64,000 nt of DNA. It comes from a virus. How positions within the stretch are numbered: the first letter of the stretch is position 1; each line of letters opens with the position of its first letter. Under the pieces are notes generated by a model. That model was not told the origin of the DNA. It ran no database searches and saw nothing but the letters and a program-made list of their open reading frames with translations. The stretch is taken from the IMG/VR virus record IMGVR_UViG_3300030090_003481, positions 31,092 to 95,091 of that record; one strand, given 5' to 3'. Below are positions 1 through 10,100 of the stretch, piece by piece. The position numbers were made by a program, and so were the translations under genes.

Positions 1-458
1 TAGATTCAAGTGAAGGAGCTGCTCTTGTTTGGGTTTGTTCTATGGATGCATGGAATGTCGCAAACTTAACAATGACTGCTTCTAGTTCTCAAAACTTTTT
101 TAAGACTTCGGGAACAGGTGGAAAATTATGGAGTGTAAAAGTAGGAGGTACGTCTAAAACAGTTACTATGTCTAGTAGTGCTTTAACAAATGGACAAGCC
201 TATGTTTTTATTTTTAACTTTAGAGTACAAGACAGTAATACATATTTAACATCTTATACAAATGGTGTTCAAGGAGAAGACCAAGATTACGGTAGTGTTG
301 ATGTAGATTTTGTACTTGATGAGATAGGTTTTAAAAGTACAGGTCTTGCACAAGGTATGAATGGTAAATTTTATGAGTTGTTAGCTTATAACAAACAATT
401 AACAGATACAGAAATAATAGATCTTAATGCTTACTTAATGGCTAAGCATAGTTTATAA
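1..458 (+). CDS. C-terminal part of a LamG/concanavalin-like jelly-roll virion protein (5' truncated by window)
   Basis: Frame is open from nt 3 (DSSEGAALVWVCSMDAW...). It ends in GKFYELLAYNKQLTDTEIIDLNAYLMAKHSL, a typical LamG-like C-terminus. Confidence 0.6.
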   Translation, partial: DSSEGAALVWVCSMDAWNVANLTMTASSSQNFFKTSGTGGKLWSVKVGGTSKTVTMSSSALTNGQAYVFIFNFRVQDSNTYLTSYTNGVQGEDQDYGSVDVDFVLDEIGFKSTGLAQGMNGKFYELLAYNKQLTDTEIIDLNAYLMAKHSL

Positions 459-502
459 TTTCTGAAATTAAATAAATATTAACTTAAATAAATAAATAAA
501 TT

Positions 503-1063
503 ATGTCAAAGTATAGAAGTCCAATTGGAGGTAGTGGCAAAAGAACTACTAACCATTTTTACAGATCAGGGATAAGTTCCCTATTAAGCAGAATTGAAAA
601 ATTAGAACATCAAATCTTTTGTTGTAGTGATGATACAGATGCTGTTGTTGATGTAACAACTGCAACGTATACAGCTAGCGCTAAAACAGAAGACGGAGCT
701 TTCTTCACACTTAATAGAGCAGGTGGAATTACATTTAACTTACCAGAAGCTACTGCAGCTAATGTAGGTTGGAATTGTACACTTGCAATTGAAACTACTT
801 TTACAGGAACATTTACATTAGCTTGTGGAAGCACTAGTGATTTGTTTACTGGTGGTGTTACTATTCAAGCAGATGATGCTCAAGATGAAAGTTTCTTAGC
901 AATACCAGATGTATCGGATGATGATCAGTTAGTTGCTAATGCTGATACTAAAGGTAGATTAGTAGGAGGTACTCTTCATGTTAAAATTATAGATGCTAAT
1001 AGAGTACACATTAGCGGAACATTGCACGGAGCTGGTGCTACATTAGCTACACCGTTTGCATAA
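503..1063 (+). CDS. Putative virion structural protein (beta-rich, Thr/Ala/Gly-rich)
   Basis: 186 aa in the structural block, with the ITFNLPEAT...G pattern seen in phage fibre/decoration proteins; ends ATPFA. Confidence 0.45.
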   Translation: MSKYRSPIGGSGKRTTNHFYRSGISSLLSRIEKLEHQIFCCSDDTDAVVDVTTATYTASAKTEDGAFFTLNRAGGITFNLPEATAANVGWNCTLAIETTFTGTFTLACGSTSDLFTGGVTIQADDAQDESFLAIPDVSDDDQLVANADTKGRLVGGTLHVKIIDANRVHISGTLHGAGATLATPFA

Positions 1064-1065
1064 GA

Positions 1066-1096
1066 TTTGCAATTCTGGATTATTTTATTATCTTTG
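1066..1096 (+). promoter_or_regulatory. Bacteroidota sigma70-type promoter
   Basis: TTTG (1066-1069), 19-nt spacer, TATCTTTG (1089-1096) matches the -33/-7 consensus, 25 nt before ATG 1122. Confidence 0.75.
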
Positions 1097-1121
1097 TGCA
1101 ATTTAACTAATTAAAAATCAC

Positions 1122-2393
1122 ATGGATAACATAAAAAAATTAAGAGAGCATCTACTCACGAAGGGTAGAAACAAAAGTTACAATGAGTTGGCCGAGCTTT
1201 ATCAGATTAAAGATAAGGCTGGGCACATCTCAGGAGAAAGAGTAAGAGGAATATGGAGACGATTAAAAGTTTCTAGAGATCCACAATCAGATAAGAACCT
1301 TCCAAAGGTTACTAATGAGAATGGAAAACAATTTATCGATTACTCAGGATCTGAAATTACAACCTTAGAAGACTTGGTTGATACTGTTGGTGTTAACCTT
1401 GACTTCTGGGATGTTAAAAGTTTTAGGGCTTCGACCTGGCAAGACTTTAACGGAGATACTAAGTATGCGGTAAAAGCATCCTTTAATCAAAGTAAAGGCG
1501 CTAGGGATCAAATACGTGAAGAGTTTATAGAACATGCTAAAAAGCATGCTCCTAAATACAAAGCCGTAAAGTACCCTAAAGCTAAAAGTAAAGAGAAGGT
1601 TGCTTATGAAGTTAACTTACCAGATCTACATTTAGGTAAGTTAGGTTGGGGAAAAGAAGTAGGACATAGTTATGATGTTAACATAGCTAAAGCTATTTTT
1701 GTTCAAGCAGTTGATAAGTTATTAGCTTATTCTAATAACTTCCATATTGATAAGATAATCTTTCCTATAGGAAATGATTTACTTAACTCGGAAGGGTTAC
1801 ATATGGCAACTACAAAAGGAACACCTCAACATGATGATGTAAGATGGCAGCGGTCTTTTACTTTATGTAGAGAAATGCTTGTAGAAGTAATTGACAACTT
1901 AAGACTAATAGCACCTGTAGAGGTAATAATAGTTCCAGGTAATCATGACTACGAGCGTATGTTTTACATAGGTGATGTCATATATGCATGGTATCATAAC
2001 TGTAAGGAAGTTGAAGTAGACAATAGTCCTTCACCAAGAAAGTATACAACATATGGTGTAAACTTAATTGGACTTACACATGGTTCTAGTGAGAAGCAAG
2101 CTGATCTACCATTGATCATGGCTTCAGAAAGACCAGAGTTATGGGCAAAAGCTAAACATACTGAATGGCATATAGGTCACTTGCATAAAGCCAAATCTAT
2201 GAATTGGGTAGATATAGATGAAAGATTTGGTACAATAATAAGGATATTACCTTCCTTATCTGGAACAGATGCTTGGCATCATGAGAAGGGTTATGTAGGT
2301 AATACTAGGGCCGCTCAAGCTTATGCTTGGGGAAAGGATACTGGATACAAAGGCCATTTCCAGGTAAATATGAACGAACTTAAAATAAAATAA
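1122..2393 (+). CDS. Calcineurin-like metallophosphoesterase with N-terminal extension
   Basis: All five motifs are present: PDLHLG, GNDLLN, PGNHD, THG, GHLH. Confidence 0.85.
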   Translation: MDNIKKLREHLLTKGRNKSYNELAELYQIKDKAGHISGERVRGIWRRLKVSRDPQSDKNLPKVTNENGKQFIDYSGSEITTLEDLVDTVGVNLDFWDVKSFRASTWQDFNGDTKYAVKASFNQSKGARDQIREEFIEHAKKHAPKYKAVKYPKAKSKEKVAYEVNLPDLHLGKLGWGKEVGHSYDVNIAKAIFVQAVDKLLAYSNNFHIDKIIFPIGNDLLNSEGLHMATTKGTPQHDDVRWQRSFTLCREMLVEVIDNLRLIAPVEVIIVPGNHDYERMFYIGDVIYAWYHNCKEVEVDNSPSPRKYTTYGVNLIGLTHGSSEKQADLPLIMASERPELWAKAKHTEWHIGHLHKAKSMNWVDIDERFGTIIRILPSLSGTDAWHHEKGYVGNTRAAQAYAWGKDTGYKGHFQVNMNELKIK

Positions 2394-2394
2394 A

Positions 2395-2832
2395 ATGGCA
2401 AAAAGTAGCAAAGTAACATTAGGTCTCACGATAAAAAGTGCAGATATTGTTCCTGGTGGAATGAACCGTTCTATTTCTCATACAGCTACAGCAAGTGACG
2501 ATACTTCTGAATTTGGTAAAATGACTGTTGGTACTAGTTATGAAAGAATAGACAAAAGTACTATAGCAGACAGAGCTTATGTATATATTAAAAATACTAG
2601 TTCAACTTCTACAGTAGTTATCTATGTAGCTATGAGTGAAGCTAGTAATGCTTCTACAAACTCACATGCTCCAGGTACTCATAATGGGCCTAGGTATGCT
2701 GAGATCGCAGTAGGAGAATTTATGCTTCTACCTTTTAAAGATCTTGATGGTACTGATAGTACAACTAAAGGGGTTCACGTTAAGGGAAGCGCTGCAGGAG
2801 AAATAGAGTATCTTATATTTGAGATGGATTAA
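2395..2832 (+). CDS. Small beta-sandwich virion protein, paralog family A copy 1
   Basis: RAYVYIKN...IAVGEFMLLPF...EYLIFE pattern shared with 2857, 6723 and 57152. Confidence 0.55.
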   Translation: MAKSSKVTLGLTIKSADIVPGGMNRSISHTATASDDTSEFGKMTVGTSYERIDKSTIADRAYVYIKNTSSTSTVVIYVAMSEASNASTNSHAPGTHNGPRYAEIAVGEFMLLPFKDLDGTDSTTKGVHVKGSAAGEIEYLIFEMD

Positions 2833-2856
2833 TAATAATAATTAAAAAGAAATAAA

Positions 2857-3294
2857 ATGGCAGTAACAAAAAGATTTACAGCTAACTTATCTTTTACTAC
2901 TACAAATGTATTTCCAAATGCATTGTCTTTAAGTGAAGGTATGACTGTAACAATAGATGGAGATTCGGCAACTACTGGTTCTTTAAAAGTAACAAGTAGT
3001 GATCATATCGCAGTATGTACTTCAGATGCAAGTGCAGGTGATGATGGGGATGGGCTAGATTCTGATGCTAGAGCATTTCTATTAGTTAAGAATGTAGGTT
3101 CTAATACTGATGGGGATATAGAAGTAGAAGATAATGCAGAAGCTAGAATAGCACATCTTAAAGCAGGTGAATGGATGTTCTTTCCTTTTAGACATAGTGC
3201 TTCAGCAGATGCTTCTGTTAAGATTAGCGGAGCTAGTGCAACAGCTGGGTATTGTGAATATGTGGTGATAGAAACATCAATTACAGATTACTAA
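2857..3294 (+). CDS. Small beta-sandwich virion protein, paralog family A copy 2
   Basis: RAFLLVKN...LKAGEWMFFPF...EYVVIE. Confidence 0.55.
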   Translation: MAVTKRFTANLSFTTTNVFPNALSLSEGMTVTIDGDSATTGSLKVTSSDHIAVCTSDASAGDDGDGLDSDARAFLLVKNVGSNTDGDIEVEDNAEARIAHLKAGEWMFFPFRHSASADASVKISGASATAGYCEYVVIETSITDY

Positions 3295-3297
3295 GAT

Positions 3298-3546
3298 ATG
3301 GCTAAATGTATATGTGGTAATGACATAGAGACTTGTGCTATATGTCATAGAAATAGAACTATAGAACAATTTGGTGGTCATCATAGTGGTGCAGTTAGTA
3401 CTAGTAAACAAGGTGGTGGTTTAACTAAATTATATATGGAAGACTATTGTTCTGAATGTGAAGAGGAGTCTAACGAGGAGTTAATGAAAGAATATGTTTT
3501 AAATAGCTTTACAACTAAGTACGAAAGCGAAGAAGAAGATGAGTAA
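3298..3546 (+). CDS. Small Cys-rich acidic hypothetical protein
   Basis: CICG...CAICH...CSEC; acidic C-terminus; in operon. Confidence 0.5.
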   Translation: MAKCICGNDIETCAICHRNRTIEQFGGHHSGAVSTSKQGGGLTKLYMEDYCSECEEESNEELMKEYVLNSFTTKYESEEEDE

Positions 3547-4621
3547 ATTTATTAGATTATATGATAGCAAGTATACTCCTATTACAGGAGATATGTTTAC
3601 ACTGGAAGCTATTAATTATAGTGAAGATCCTGATATTACTTGCGCGTGGTCTGGTAATACTACTACTTCTGGGACTTGTGCTAGTTATATAAGTACAGAA
3701 AAGAGTCAAGAGTTAGTAGCAAGTTTCCAAGCTAGAGGTAGAACTATGGTCGATAATGGAGCAGAGATAGGATCATCGTCTAGAACACCTGATTTATATC
3801 CTAGGCAGTTCTATATAAAGAATGATCAAAGTGGATCTGTTGATAGTGAGTTTACTACTGAGTTATCTTTTGGAGATGAAATAGTTCTTGTTGATAGATC
3901 AGATGGCAAAACAATACATTCTTTTAATGTATTATCTACTGATTGTGCTAATTGTACTGATGATATAGTTAAAGTAGAAAGTAAAGATATTTTAAATGAA
4001 GACGGTAATTGGGTAAAATACGAAGTAGATGCTTTAGCTAAAGAGCTATTAATTGTACCAACTACATATCCTTATACTCCAGCTACTCAAACTGTTAATA
4101 ATCATGCAATTAAAGCTGTAAAGAAAAGTAGAGAAGACACATATGTAGATGTAGATATAGATACTATTGCAGCTTATAAAGAAAATCCTGATTATAGAGC
4201 AGAGATGATAGTTTTATTTAAAGAAGGTATTTATCCTAAAGGGAGTTATACAGTATTAAAAGACATAGTACATACTGGAGATCTAAATGATATAGTTATA
4301 GATGCTTCAGGTTATACAGGAGATGAGATAGAAGTAAAAATAGAGATAGACAGTACAACTGTTCCAGAAACATTTAAATGGAGAGCAGGTGAATATATAT
4401 CATCTACTACTCCTGCTAGTGCTTATGGAGAAACACAAAGAGGTTTGTCATTACAGTTTGTACCTTTAAATTTAGGTGATGGAAATATAAAAGTAAAATG
4501 GTTAGCTACTACAGGACACTCAACTGATACTTGGACATTTAAAGTATATCCTAATAATAAAAGAATATATAGAAATCAAGTAAAAGAATTAAATAAAATA
4601 TTTAAAGATATAACATATTAA
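3539..4621 (+). CDS. Putative virion structural protein
   Basis: 360 aa, beta-rich, overlaps the upstream gene within the tail block. Confidence 0.45.
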   Translation: MSKFIRLYDSKYTPITGDMFTLEAINYSEDPDITCAWSGNTTTSGTCASYISTEKSQELVASFQARGRTMVDNGAEIGSSSRTPDLYPRQFYIKNDQSGSVDSEFTTELSFGDEIVLVDRSDGKTIHSFNVLSTDCANCTDDIVKVESKDILNEDGNWVKYEVDALAKELLIVPTTYPYTPATQTVNNHAIKAVKKSREDTYVDVDIDTIAAYKENPDYRAEMIVLFKEGIYPKGSYTVLKDIVHTGDLNDIVIDASGYTGDEIEVKIEIDSTTVPETFKWRAGEYISSTTPASAYGETQRGLSLQFVPLNLGDGNIKVKWLATTGHSTDTWTFKVYPNNKRIYRNQVKELNKIFKDITY

Positions 4622-4623
4622 TA

Positions 4624-5361
4624 ATGGTAAAGACAAGGCGTATAGATATAATTAGTCGTATACAGGCTATGTATAGTAAAGGAGCAGCTAGCGATGACTC
4701 TCGTTTATCAGCTAGACATATATATTCTAAAATGAAAACATCTAGATCTTTTCTTTTAAAAAGAGAATTAGATAGACGTAAAAATGCTCAAGCGATTTCA
4801 GAATGGAACATACAAACTATACCTTGTGTATCTATGGTGTTAGTGCCTCCACATGAATGTCCATGTGCTCCACCTGTAGGATGTAAGATATTAAGATCAG
4901 AGTGCCCTATTCCTAAACCTATACAAAGTAATTTTACTGGTCCTTATTTAACTGACGTTACTTCTTTAGACGGTAGTATTATATTTACAGCTACTACTTG
5001 GTCTAGAAAAAAATATAGAAGTGCAGATAAATATACTGCAAATAAACCAGATTATTTTTTAAGAGATGAGTATTTATATATAACAGTAAATACTGATTTA
5101 GAAGCAGTTTCTTTAAGTGGTATATTTGAAGATCCTGATCAAGCAGACTTATTTATAGAAGAGTGTACTTGTGCTGAAGATTGTGTAAATCCTGAGATAA
5201 GCTGTCAACCATACTATGATAAATTTTTAGATATGGATGAATATTTAGTAGAACCTTTAATAGAATTAGTGATGAAAGAATTATTAATGTTAGCACAAAT
5301 TCCTTCTGATCAAACTAACAACGCAGTAGATGATAGAACAGGGCAAGGACAACAAAAGTAA
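4624..5361 (+). CDS. crAss-like tail ring protein (ring protein 2-like)
   Basis: SDDSRLSARHIY, QTIPCVSM, GIFEDP and PSDQTNNA motifs; lies before the IHF-like, tubular and muzzle genes as in crAss-like gene order. Confidence 0.65.
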   Translation: MVKTRRIDIISRIQAMYSKGAASDDSRLSARHIYSKMKTSRSFLLKRELDRRKNAQAISEWNIQTIPCVSMVLVPPHECPCAPPVGCKILRSECPIPKPIQSNFTGPYLTDVTSLDGSIIFTATTWSRKKYRSADKYTANKPDYFLRDEYLYITVNTDLEAVSLSGIFEDPDQADLFIEECTCAEDCVNPEISCQPYYDKFLDMDEYLVEPLIELVMKELLMLAQIPSDQTNNAVDDRTGQGQQK

Positions 5362-5767
5362 AACACTAGTAGATTCTTATAAAGAATTTGAAAAGTCTGG
5401 TGATAATATCTATAATGTAGATAAAGAAACATATAGAAATATATGTATAGATTTTAATGAAATGTTAATTGATTTAATTGTATCAGATGCAGAAGAAGTT
5501 TCTTTACCTTGTAGGTTAGGAACTTTAAGGATTAAAAAGATAAAGAGCAAAGAAAGAAAGATGGTTGATTGGAAGTTAACTAAAGAATACGGTAAACTAA
5601 TATACCATTTAAATATGCATACAGATGGGTATTATTATAAATGGCATTGGAAGAAACAAAATGCTTTGTTTACCAATAAATCTGTTTACTCTTTTAAGCC
5701 TTTGCGTAAATATAAAAGAGGTATGGCAAAGTTATTAAAAGAAAATAAAGTAGATTATTTTATATAA
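5330..5767 (+). CDS. IHF/HU-like DNA-binding protein (crAss tail-block type)
   Basis: LPCRLGTLRIKK, VDWKLTKE, IYHLNMHTDGYYYKWHW; basic; conserved position in the crAss tail block. Confidence 0.7.
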   Translation: MIEQGKDNKSKTLVDSYKEFEKSGDNIYNVDKETYRNICIDFNEMLIDLIVSDAEEVSLPCRLGTLRIKKIKSKERKMVDWKLTKEYGKLIYHLNMHTDGYYYKWHWKKQNALFTNKSVYSFKPLRKYKRGMAKLLKENKVDYFI

Positions 5768-5778
5768 ACATTTAAGTT

Positions 5779-6711
5779 ATGAGTGAATATGCAATGGTAA
5801 GTATTGAAAGAGTTATCTCAGGTGTATACCGAGATCTTAGACCTAAAACACAATTAGAAGAAAACGATTTAATTGAATGGGCAGCAGAAGCTTTAGAGCA
5901 AATAGGCGCTTATACTCAATACACTGAAGCAGTAGAGTATATCCCAGTAGTTGATTATAAAGCAATGATACCTTGTGGTTTTCATCAATTAGTTAGAATT
6001 GCATATAAATATACTCCAGGGGATCCTTGTGGTTGTGCATTTAAAATACAAAGTAGTAGTGATGGTGAATCATCATGTAGTTGTACAAGTTGTTCTGGAT
6101 GTTCTGCAGATCCTTGTGCTAGTTTATCTACTACATCAGAGTCTACATTAGTTACTCAAACTAAACAACTTATCGATTATCATCTAACGTATAGATTTAC
6201 AAGAGGTAGTGGTTATTATAAAGAATGGAAACCAATGAGATTAGCTACAAGTAATTATGCTAAAGCTAAGACAGCACATTGTGAGAATTGTATTAATATA
6301 AGTAATACATGTGATGCAGAATATAGTATAGACCATCCTTATATAAATACTAGTTTTCAAAAAGGACACATATGTATAGCTTATCTTAAACAACCTTTAG
6401 ATGATCGGAATATACCTATGGTGCCTGATCAAGTATCTTATATAGAAGCTATAAAGAAATATCTGATTATGAAAATATCATATGCAGATTTTATTAAAGG
6501 AGCAATCAATCCTAATATATTTGCTAAGCTAGAAGATGATTGGCATTGGTATTGTGCGCAAGCAAGAAATAAAGCTAACATGCCTGATACAGTAGACAAG
6601 TTACAAAATATGTTAGATAGACATGTAAGACTTATACCATACAGAAGTGGCTACTATGGCTTCTTTGGTAATATGAACTCAAGAGAACAACTAAGATTTG
6701 GAAATGAATAA
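5779..6711 (+). CDS. Tail tubular / ring protein 1 (P22 gp4-like)
   Basis: DLIEWAAEALEQIG, INTSFQKGHICIAY..PLDD..IPMVPD and WHWYCAQAR motifs; directly upstream of the muzzle region. Confidence 0.7.
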   Translation: MSEYAMVSIERVISGVYRDLRPKTQLEENDLIEWAAEALEQIGAYTQYTEAVEYIPVVDYKAMIPCGFHQLVRIAYKYTPGDPCGCAFKIQSSSDGESSCSCTSCSGCSADPCASLSTTSESTLVTQTKQLIDYHLTYRFTRGSGYYKEWKPMRLATSNYAKAKTAHCENCINISNTCDAEYSIDHPYINTSFQKGHICIAYLKQPLDDRNIPMVPDQVSYIEAIKKYLIMKISYADFIKGAINPNIFAKLEDDWHWYCAQARNKANMPDTVDKLQNMLDRHVRLIPYRSGYYGFFGNMNSREQLRFGNE

Positions 6712-6722
6712 ATAAATAAAAA

Positions 6723-7115
6723 ATGGCAAGAAATTTAACAACAACATTAGCTTTAACTTTAGCTAGCGCGATTGGAGATTCTAATACACATCAAGTAGAT
6801 GTTAGCGAAACATTATCTATGGCAGATGAAAAAGCAGTTGTCAATACTTTTAATGTAGGTACTTCTAGTGCTGTAGATATATCTTTAGCAGATATAACTA
6901 GAGCATTTGTATATGTTAGAAATATAGAAACTACTGGTACTCATACTGTAAAAATTATAGACCATGCGGGTAGTATCGTATTAACAATACTTAAAAAACA
7001 AGAGTGGGCTGTGTTTCCATACACACCTTCTACATCTGCTGGTACTGCTGTACTTAAAGCACAGGCAGTTGGAGGTGCTCAAAAAATAGAATACGCGATT
7101 ATAGAATACGCATAA
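6723..7115 (+). CDS. Small beta-sandwich virion protein, paralog family A copy 3
   Basis: RAFVYVRN...LKKQEWAVFPY...EYAIIE. Confidence 0.55.
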   Translation: MARNLTTTLALTLASAIGDSNTHQVDVSETLSMADEKAVVNTFNVGTSSAVDISLADITRAFVYVRNIETTGTHTVKIIDHAGSIVLTILKKQEWAVFPYTPSTSAGTAVLKAQAVGGAQKIEYAIIEYA

Positions 7116-7125
7116 AACAAGATAA

Positions 7126-10100
7126 ATGGCTGAAGAAGAAAAAGAACAATCGGCATCTTTAAAAAGCTCGTTAACTAGTTCTCCAGGTAAAGGGTTAAAT
7201 ACAGACACTAGTCCTGAAGCACAACCTGAACGTAGTTATAGATTTGCTCTTAATGCAATGAATGAATCTCAAGAAGGAGATCAAGGGTTTCTAATTAACG
7301 AACAAGGTAATTATGAATGTGGTAGTTTAAATACTAGTGATTGGCTAGTAATAGGACATGTATATACTACTGAAGATACTGCTATTGTATTTCTAGCTCC
7401 TAGAGGTGCTGGTGATATTGGTATGGGTAAGATAGTAGAAATTACTGATTCTTGTAAGTCTACTACTATCATGACATCAGACTGCTTAAATTTTAGTGCA
7501 GAGTATCCAGTTCAAGCTGTTTATAGAATAAGACGTGGTTGTGAAAGACATATTTATTTTACTGATAATAATAATACAGTTAGAGTTTTAAATCTTGATT
7601 CATTAAGAGATTACTTAAAAGAAGGATTAGAAGATTTTATAATAGACAATCCTGATTCTTATCAAGAATCTCCTAGTATATGGGATTGTGAAAAAATGGG
7701 AATGTTTCCTAACATGACAATTCCTGATATATTTATAGAATCTATAATAGATGGAGGGGGTACTTTAAAAGTAGGAGCATATCAATTTGCTGTAGCTTAT
7801 CAAGATGAAGATTTAAATTCTACTAACTTTTTTGATATTTCAAATCCTATTCCTATTACAAAAGATCCTATTGGTAGCCCATTAAATGAAGCAGATGCTT
7901 TTGATATACAAGGATCAGAACCTGGGGAGACTACTGAAAAAACGATAAACTTAAGGTTTGATAATGTAGATACTTCGTTTACATTTCTTAGATTAGTTTG
8001 TTTACCAAGTACAAGTGGTACAGGTAATATAGATGGAGATGTATGGGAAATAGCTAATATACCAATTTCATCAGAAACAGTTGAATTTGCTTTTTCAGGA
8101 TGGGATGAAACAGCTACACCTAAGCTAGGATTAGATGATTTATTAATACCTAGTTTAGTATTTGAAAGAGCTAAAACTTTAGAACAAATAGATAATAGAT
8201 TAGTTCTTGGTAATATAGGAAATTCTGTAACTAACTGGTCTAAATTTCAACAAGCGGCTAATGATATAGCTATTAAGTATTATACAACTCCTTTGTATGC
8301 ATATTCTACTCATCATGGTGGACCTACATCTTATAGATACTATTCAGACTATAGAACATTTATGAGAGATGAAGTATATGCTTTAGGAATAGTTTGGATA
8401 TTTAGAAACGGACAAGAGTCGCCTGTATTCCATATACCAGGTAGAAAAGCTAATAGAGATCCGTTTGGAACTCCTTATGCTTTTAATGGTATACCAGGAG
8501 CTGATCCTAATAATCCAGAGTCTGTTGATCATAGTTCAGCAGCTAGAGCTCATTATAATGGAATGATTAGAGCAGAACATAATAGAAGACCTATTGAAAA
8601 TGGATTTAGTAATAGCGATCCTGATAAAGGTGGGTGGGATACTGATCCTGTTGCTACTAGTTTAGGTGATAAAAGTGTGTCTGATGGTGATACTAATCAT
8701 ATAAACGCTATGTCACGTGATTGTAATACTGAACATTTAGTAGGCTATTCTTCTGCTCAAGACGGTAATGTAGCTAGAACTCAAAGATGGAATGTTTGGA
8801 ATACAGCAATAAGAGATAAATATTATTGGTTAGATGAAGATGGTAACAGATCTACTAGATCTGAAGATTCTACGACTCTTATTACTGAAGGTCATATGGG
8901 ATATTACGAATGTAGAGATAAAGCATATCCTGATAAAAAAGATTGTTCTGGTGCTAGAGTATTTCCAGACGGTAATATAAGACACCATAGAATGCCTGAT
9001 ACTACACTAGAGCCACATTATTATGGAGATCCTTATAGAAGAGTTAGAGATAATTCTGGTACTGCACAATATTGTACAAATACAAATCCTTATTGTATAA
9101 ACGATACTTGGGTAGATCCTTCTACAAAATATTTTCTTACAGGTAATAATGATTATGGAGCTGGATGGGGAATGGGTGATGGCGCAGGACCAGCAGAACC
9201 AGCAAATGATGATTCTTATTTACTAGAAAGAATTATAAGTTTAGGAATAAAAGCTTTAAATGTTAATATACCTGCAGGTTTTGAAGATAGATTACAAGGT
9301 TTTAAAATAGTTAGAGGTATTAGAACTGATCAAGATAGATCTGTTTTAGATAAAGGTATAACTATGTATAATAACTGGGGTAGTATTGCAGGTCGTTGTG
9401 AACCAGAAACAGGTGTAGGCAATGCTGGAGCTTATGTAAATGGTTGGCAACCTGCTGTATCATCTGCAAGTAGTTGGGAACAGTGTGGTGGGTTAACAAA
9501 AGGATTTAGACATGGAGAAAACTCAAGCGGTTGGGGTAATAAAAACGATTGGCGTCAATGTGTTAATGATGAAGTAACTACTTTATTAAGGCCTTATGGT
9601 AATTATCCTGAGAATTGTAATAGTAATGTTGCAAATAATAGATGTATGCCTTGGTGGGCTGAAAATGATTGTGGTCCTGATCATAGTTGTATAGAAGGAA
9701 CAGGTAGTAACGGAGGTTGTGGTTATGTAGAGCATAAACCTTTTGTAGGTTATCCTCATGCAAATATGCCTTGTTCTAGAGTAACTACTTCTGGTAGTGG
9801 CTGGGGAAGACATACTCAAATATTTAGTGGTGGTTTATTTAATATAGCTTATCATGGTCCTTTAGGTAAATTTAGTACTTCTAATATAAATGCAGAATAT
9901 GTAAAATATGAAAGAATACTTGTAGGTAGAGTTAATGTTACAAGACATAATTCTCATGAAGGTTGTGACGATTGTGGTTACAGACCAGCTAGTTGGACTT
10001 TTCAATACTGTGATTTTAGTATGAGTTTTATACCTACACATGATCAAGGAAGATTATTTAGAGGGGGAGCTTATGATGGAGGTGATGATCAAGGAGGTAG

